Shown here in pieces: positions 59,536 to 64,000 of a stretch of DNA of 64,000 nucleotides (its first letter is position 1; each line of letters opens with the position of its first letter). A model generated the notes under the pieces. It made no database searches. It worked only from the letters and a program-made list of their open reading frames with translations, and was not told the DNA's origin. Made by a program: the position numbers and the translations under genes. Origin of the DNA: Planctomycetota bacterium (GTDB lineage Bacteria; Planctomycetota; UBA8108; SXIK01); NCBI GenBank assembly GCA_965223265.1, contig OZ244999.1:2752001-2816000 (forward strand), in the 5' to 3' direction.

Positions 59536-59720
59536 GAGTGTCTGTCACATCGCCACGGGATTTCAGGCGGTATATGCGCGTGTAGCGGTCCCAGCGGTCC
59601 CAGCGGGCCTGCGCCATCGCAAACCCCTTCGCATGCGAACTTTACGAGCCCGCCTGCCGGGACCGCTACGCGAAAAGCGTGTTTCGTAGCGGTCCCCTGA
59701 GCCCGCGTAGCGGTCCCGCG
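59536..59720. repeat. Iteron array, copy 3 (left half only)
   Basis: GTGTCTGTCACATCG...GTAGCGGTCCCAGCGGTCCCAGCGGGCCTGCGCCATCGCAAAC...GGGACCGCTAC. Confidence 0.82.
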
Positions 59721-59804
59721 GCCACTTTCTGCCCACTTCGCACGCCGTGAATCTGCCTCGGTGGCCTCGTGCAGAAAGTTTTTTCGCGTTTTTTCGATTT
59801 TCCA

Positions 59805-59843
59805 CATCACCTAACTCCTTCGAGCGGCAACTAAGAGGTGGAG
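59805..59843 (+). promoter_or_regulatory. Element-specific promoter-like motif, copy 4
   Basis: CATCACC-N14-GGCAACTAAGAGGTGGAG, preceded by T-tracts as in copy 3. Confidence 0.65.
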
Positions 59844-59882
59844 AATAATTCATCAGTTGGCCCTTTGAGAAGGAGTGAGAGA

Positions 59883-60305
59883 ATGCAGTCAAAAACGCGC
59901 ACCGCCCGCCGGCAGAGCCGCTCGAGAGTGCGCCCCGAGGTGCGAGTGTTTCGCCGCGCCCGTGCGCGTCGACCCGTCGCGCCCAACGAACTTTTGACCC
60001 TGGCGCGGAGCGTTGCCGCCGAACGTGCGCTCAGCCACTCGCTGAGGCTCTGCACCGTCGACGACGTCATCGCGGCGATGGAAGAGCACGGCGTTGACGG
60101 CTCGGCGCTCGGGCCGCTGCTCGGAAACGTCTTTCGCGGCCGCGAGTGGAGCGCGATGCCATGGCGAGTGAAACGCGCCGGGCGGCGCCGTCGCCTGCGG
60201 CCGATTCGCATCTGGCAGCTCACCGGCGAGCGATCTAGCGCGTGGATCCATGAAGCCGAGATTGGCTCGTTCGGGCTTGGCGGCATGCGCGGGCGGGGCG
60301 GATGA
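59883..60305 (+). CDS. Basic hypothetical phage-like protein
   Basis: RBS AAGGAG. Core TVDDVI...LG..LGNVFRGREW...RPIRIWQL, downstream of the motif. Confidence 0.65.
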   Translation: MQSKTRTARRQSRSRVRPEVRVFRRARARRPVAPNELLTLARSVAAERALSHSLRLCTVDDVIAAMEEHGVDGSALGPLLGNVFRGREWSAMPWRVKRAGRRRRLRPIRIWQLTGERSSAWIHEAEIGSFGLGGMRGRGG

Positions 60306-60635
60306 AACGGTGCAGTCCCACACCGGCGGCGACCGCTCGCCTCGGCACGGGACGGGGAGGAGGGCGGGAGCTTTTTCAGCCGCACGCAGGGCGCGAGGAG
60401 ATCACGGGTGTGATTGAAGCGATGTCTCCAGAGTCATTCGGGCGACCGGCTACAGGTGGGGCCGGTCGCCCGGAGAAAGGAGGTGAAGAAACACCAAAAA
60501 AACTTAACTGCGACCACTAAAGACAAGTAGACCTGCATGAAAGAGTTGGCACTGGGAGACGACCACAAGATAGCGCCCGGTGCCGGCTCTTCCTTTTGAA
60601 GTACATTGGAGAGACGGAGGTGAAAACTCAAGGGT

Positions 60636-60908
60636 ATGACGGGCAGCATGAACGGTCAGAGCGATGAAAGCGGCCTCGCGCTCGAGGTCTCGGCGCTGAA
60701 GACACGCGCGGCGAAAATCGAGACGCAGCTCGAGGCGATGCGAAAGCTCATCCACGGAAATGGCCAAAGCATCCCGAGCCAAGTGGTGACGAACCGCGAG
60801 CACATCCGCCTGGTCAGCAGCCAGGTGAGCTGGGCGTTCGTTGTCATTCTCGGCGTGCTCGGACTCATCATTCAGGCTTTGATTTTGTACTACACGCTTT
60901 TGAACTGA
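60636..60908 (+). CDS. Small coiled-coil protein with C-terminal TM (XhlA/holin-like architecture)
   Basis: GGAGG upstream. Heptad LEVSALKTRAAKIETQLEAM followed by WAFVVILGVLGLIIQALILYY. Confidence 0.65.
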   Translation: MTGSMNGQSDESGLALEVSALKTRAAKIETQLEAMRKLIHGNGQSIPSQVVTNREHIRLVSSQVSWAFVVILGVLGLIIQALILYYTLLN

Positions 60909-61029
60909 TCGATCGCGCCCTCTTTTCGACGGCGTGTACAGGGCGTGGAGCGATCGCCCCGAACCTCCAGCAAGCGCGCGAGTGGGCGAGCGAAGCCGAA
61001 TCGTAAGGCGGTGAAAACGAACGAACGAA

Positions 61030-63702
61030 ATGAAATCAAAAGACGTTCTCGCACTTTACCTTGAAGCACCGACGAGCCAGCGCTTTCGTAGCGTCGTTGA
61101 GGAGCTGCGCGATCACGTCTACGTGCTGGCGGCGCGGGTGCTGAAGGATGACGCGCTCGCCGAGGACGTCACGCAAGATGTGTTCCTGCTGCTCTGCGAC
61201 GCTAGCCGCTGGCAAGACCACAAGATCCGTAGCGGTCTCGGCTTCGTGACATCGCTGACGCTTTCGGTAGCGCGCACGAAAAAGCGGAGCGAGGCGAGAA
61301 GGCACTACGAGATTCTGGCGCCAGACGTGGTGGAGAATGCCTCCTCGCCCATGGGGCTCTCACCTCTCGATCTGGCAGTGATCTACGAAGCGATCGAGTC
61401 GCTCCCTCCCGCCCACCGCGAGTGCGTTGAGAGGCGCTACCTCGAGGGGCAATCGATCGATTCGATCGCTGAAGCGATCGACCGAAATCGGCGCACCGTA
61501 CTCTATCGCATAGCAGCCGGGACGAAGACACTACGTCAAAAACTCAGCCCGGCGCGCTTCGCTCTCATGGCGGCGGTGCTGCATCCGCTCTACGACCGGA
61601 TGAAGGTGAGCGCAGCGGAAGTCCCGAAGGCGCTTGCCGCGCGGCTCGACGAGATCGCCGAGAGCTGGAGCGGCGCTGCGCCTACGCGTGACTCGGTACC
61701 TCTCAGAAGCCGCCGGCGCGAGCGGCTGCCCGCGGGGGCATCGGTTCAGGCGGCGAAGCTGTTTTTGGTCTCTGCTCTGCTGGCTTCTCTCATCTTCACG
61801 GCGGTGTGGCGCATGGTGGAGCGCGACTTGAAGCAGCGCGCGGGCGTTGCAGGTGCTCCGGAGCCCACGGCGGTCGAGTCACAGGCCGCGAGTGAGCCAG
61901 TGGCGCAGGTAACACCAGCCGTCGCGCGCAGCGCTGAAGCACCGCCGGCGCCGAGGCCTGCTGCGGCCGCCGAGCCTGAAGCTGAAAGCGGTGAGACGGC
62001 CGCCCTCGAAGAGAAGAAGCCACCGAAGGTGCTCGCGTCGGTCGAGCTTCACGTCGTTGACGAAGAGGACGTCCCGGTCCGTCACGGAACTGTCACCCTC
62101 TACGGCCCGGGCATGGTGCCAGGTCCAGACCAAGGTCTTGTGCGCGGCGATGAGATCGCGCTTCGTCTCGACACCTACAATCTCGCAGAGAGGAACCCGC
62201 GGCGCTTGCGTTTTCTTTCGGAGCGTTTCATTGGCGTCGATCTCACCGCGCGGGTGTATGCCGATGAGTACCCGCGGCTGAGCCGTGCTCGCTTTCGCGC
62301 TGAACTTGGGGAGAACCGCAAGGTTGAGATCGTCTTGAGGTCGCGGCTGAGGGCGCAGATTGCAGTGAAGGACGCCGTCACGGGCGACGCTGTCGCGCGC
62401 GCGGCAGTCATGGCCAAGACCCGCATTGAAGAGAAGAACACCTACCAGCGCATCCGAAGTGTCTCGAGCGAAGAGGGTTTTTGCACGTTTCGCGGTCTTC
62501 GAGCAGGCAGCTACGATCTCGACATTACCGCGTACGGCTACGAGAGCACATCGCTTCGGAGTGTCGACCTTGAAGGACTCAACACGGTATGGATTCAGCC
62601 GTCGGCGCCGCCAAGCGGCGAGGCGACCGTTCGCGTCTACGATCCCGAGAGCAAACTGCAAGAGGGCGTCGAGGTCACCTGCAGGTTCGCAGGTGATGCC
62701 ATCTCCGAGACGACGAACGTCGAAGGCGTCTGCGTTTTCACGCATCTTCCTGCGGCGGAGTGCAGGTTCGAGATCGAGAGGCCAAAGGGCGCGGGAAATC
62801 CGTTCGTCCATCACGTGACCGCAGCGCTTGGGGAAGGTGAAGCGCTGAGCGTCGTTCTCGGCAAAGCGCCGACGGTCGTCGTCCCAACGCGCTTCGTCGA
62901 TCCCGCCGGCAAGCCAGTCGTGAAGCTCATTCAATTTGCTGGCTCTGCGTTCCTTCGCGGCAAGACCCGAGAGGATGGCGTTTTGATGTTCCGCCACGCG
63001 CCGGGGGACTACGTCGTCAGCATTCTCGGCCCAACGGTTTGGGAGTTTTTCGAGCGATTGAGCGTCACAGCGACATCGATGCCCGAAGTTCAGTTCGTGG
63101 TGGGGCTTAAGAGCCTGAGCGGGGAGATTGTAGGCGCCCCTATATATAACGTGTCGAAAGTGCGTCTCGAGGGGGCAGATCGAAGCGGCGAGACGAGAGT
63201 TTCGGAAGATGGCAGGTTCATGTTCGAAGGCCTGGTGCCGGGGCGCTACGAGCTCGTAGTGCCGGAGCTCGAGTACCCGCTCGCGCCGCCGATCGAGCTT
63301 GAGATCGATGGCGGCGAGGAGGATGCCTTGGGCGAGGGAAGAGTTGACGATGAAGTTGTCGATGACAAGGCTCGCGTCCCTAACGAATTGGCGAGAGCTA
63401 CGCAGTCGATCTCGATCGATCTCGAACGCCGCGGCGTTCTGCGTCTTTCCATTGCAGACGCCGAAGGACGTCCGCTACCCGACGCGGAGGTTGAGTGCTG
63501 GAGACGCGGAGAAGACGGAGTGCGCCTTGACTTGCCACCGCACGCAAGCGGCGAGCGCCGAAGCGTCTTCGCGGCGCTGGTCGAAAGCGGTAAGTACCGA
63601 GTCGTCGCGAGAAGCCGCGGTCACGACGTCTGGCGCGGCAGCGCCGAAGTCGCCGCAGGCGAGATGGCGAACGCCGAAGTTGAGCTTGAGGTGGGGGAGT
63701 GA
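61030..63702 (+). CDS. Membrane-anchored ECF sigma factor fused to extracytoplasmic carboxypeptidase-regulatory-like repeats
   Basis: Region 2 DALAEDVTQDVF and region 4 LPPAHRECVERRYLEGQSIDSIAEAI. TM LFLVSALLASLIFTAVW, Pro/Ala linker and beta-sandwich repeats. Confidence 0.85.
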   Translation: MKSKDVLALYLEAPTSQRFRSVVEELRDHVYVLAARVLKDDALAEDVTQDVFLLLCDASRWQDHKIRSGLGFVTSLTLSVARTKKRSEARRHYEILAPDVVENASSPMGLSPLDLAVIYEAIESLPPAHRECVERRYLEGQSIDSIAEAIDRNRRTVLYRIAAGTKTLRQKLSPARFALMAAVLHPLYDRMKVSAAEVPKALAARLDEIAESWSGAAPTRDSVPLRSRRRERLPAGASVQAAKLFLVSALLASLIFTAVWRMVERDLKQRAGVAGAPEPTAVESQAASEPVAQVTPAVARSAEAPPAPRPAAAAEPEAESGETAALEEKKPPKVLASVELHVVDEEDVPVRHGTVTLYGPGMVPGPDQGLVRGDEIALRLDTYNLAERNPRRLRFLSERFIGVDLTARVYADEYPRLSRARFRAELGENRKVEIVLRSRLRAQIAVKDAVTGDAVARAAVMAKTRIEEKNTYQRIRSVSSEEGFCTFRGLRAGSYDLDITAYGYESTSLRSVDLEGLNTVWIQPSAPPSGEATVRVYDPESKLQEGVEVTCRFAGDAISETTNVEGVCVFTHLPAAECRFEIERPKGAGNPFVHHVTAALGEGEALSVVLGKAPTVVVPTRFVDPAGKPVVKLIQFAGSAFLRGKTREDGVLMFRHAPGDYVVSILGPTVWEFFERLSVTATSMPEVQFVVGLKSLSGEIVGAPIYNVSKVRLEGADRSGETRVSEDGRFMFEGLVPGRYELVVPELEYPLAPPIELEIDGGEEDALGEGRVDDEVVDDKARVPNELARATQSISIDLERRGVLRLSIADAEGRPLPDAEVECWRRGEDGVRLDLPPHASGERRSVFAALVESGKYRVVARSRGHDVWRGSAEVAAGEMANAEVELEVGE

Positions 63703-63821
63703 TGGAGTCGTGTCGCGAGGAACGCGCAGCGTGTTGAAGAGCTAACAGTCGGCTCCGCGCGCAGTAGTGCGAGGCAGGAAGTAGAGAGCAAATCCTATGG
63801 TTACAAAGAAAGGAAAGTCAC

Positions 63822-64000
63822 ATGAGAGGTCGCACGTTCCTCATGGAGTTCGCGTTTTTCGCGTGCATCATCCTTGTCTACGTCCGCGGATGGATCTACT
63901 CCGTCGAGCGTCGCGAAGAGATTCACGCCGGGTATGTGGAGAGTCGTGCAGAGTTTGGCTGGGAGGAGGGCAGCTACGAGTGGGTCACGCTTGGGATCAA
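63822..64000 (+). CDS. Hypothetical protein, 3' end outside window
   Basis: AAGGA RBS, ATG 63822, N-terminal hydrophobic stretch, frame open to the end. Confidence 0.5.
   Translation, partial: MRGRTFLMEFAFFACIILVYVRGWIYSVERREEIHAGYVESRAEFGWEEGSYEWVTLGI

Larger units (their letters stand above)
37343..64000. mobile_element. Integrative element B (satellite/IME-like); right boundary not seen
   Basis: Integrase next to the att fragment, excisionases, primase-helicase and iteron arrays. No intact tRNA-Val in the window, so the far end should lie beyond 64,000 or has been lost. Confidence 0.65.

Noticed and set aside
56878-59720. CRISPR array
   Set aside because: The repeats are 9-mers in both orientations inside larger palindromes. 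There is no regular repeat-spacer period and no cas gene.
37343-64000. Complete prophage or self-transmissible ICE
   Set aside because: No terminase, capsid, tail, T4SS or relaxase genes are recognisable in the window.

Overview
GC-rich bacterial DNA, most likely a planctomycete (dockerin-like secreted proteins, ECF sigma/Ser-Thr kinase pair, DUF1580-type gene, planctomycete-type integrase). Bases 1-31,000 look chromosomal: a GltD/SudA-like oxidoreductase, malic enzyme, secreted proteins, an ethanolamine permease, a tandem USP and a ~3,350-aa TPR protein. From ~31,015 onward the window is accessory DNA around the 3' half of a tRNA-Val(GAC) (37298-37342, minus strand), which I read as an att site shared by two tandem integrative elements. 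Element A (left) is decayed: its DUF1580 gene is truncated and its integrase is split by a 4,065-bp TG...CA transposon with a 6-bp target duplication and five genes. Element B (right, probably extending past the window) carries an integrase, two excisionase-like HTH genes, a Rad52/ERF-like annealing-protein candidate with dense hairpin DNA on both sides, an unannotated 59-aa RHH gene, a primase-helicase, three copies of a palindromic GGGACCGCT iteron array, a four-copy promoter-like motif, and ECF/secreted-protein cargo. All family calls come from motif recognition by eye, not from database searches.
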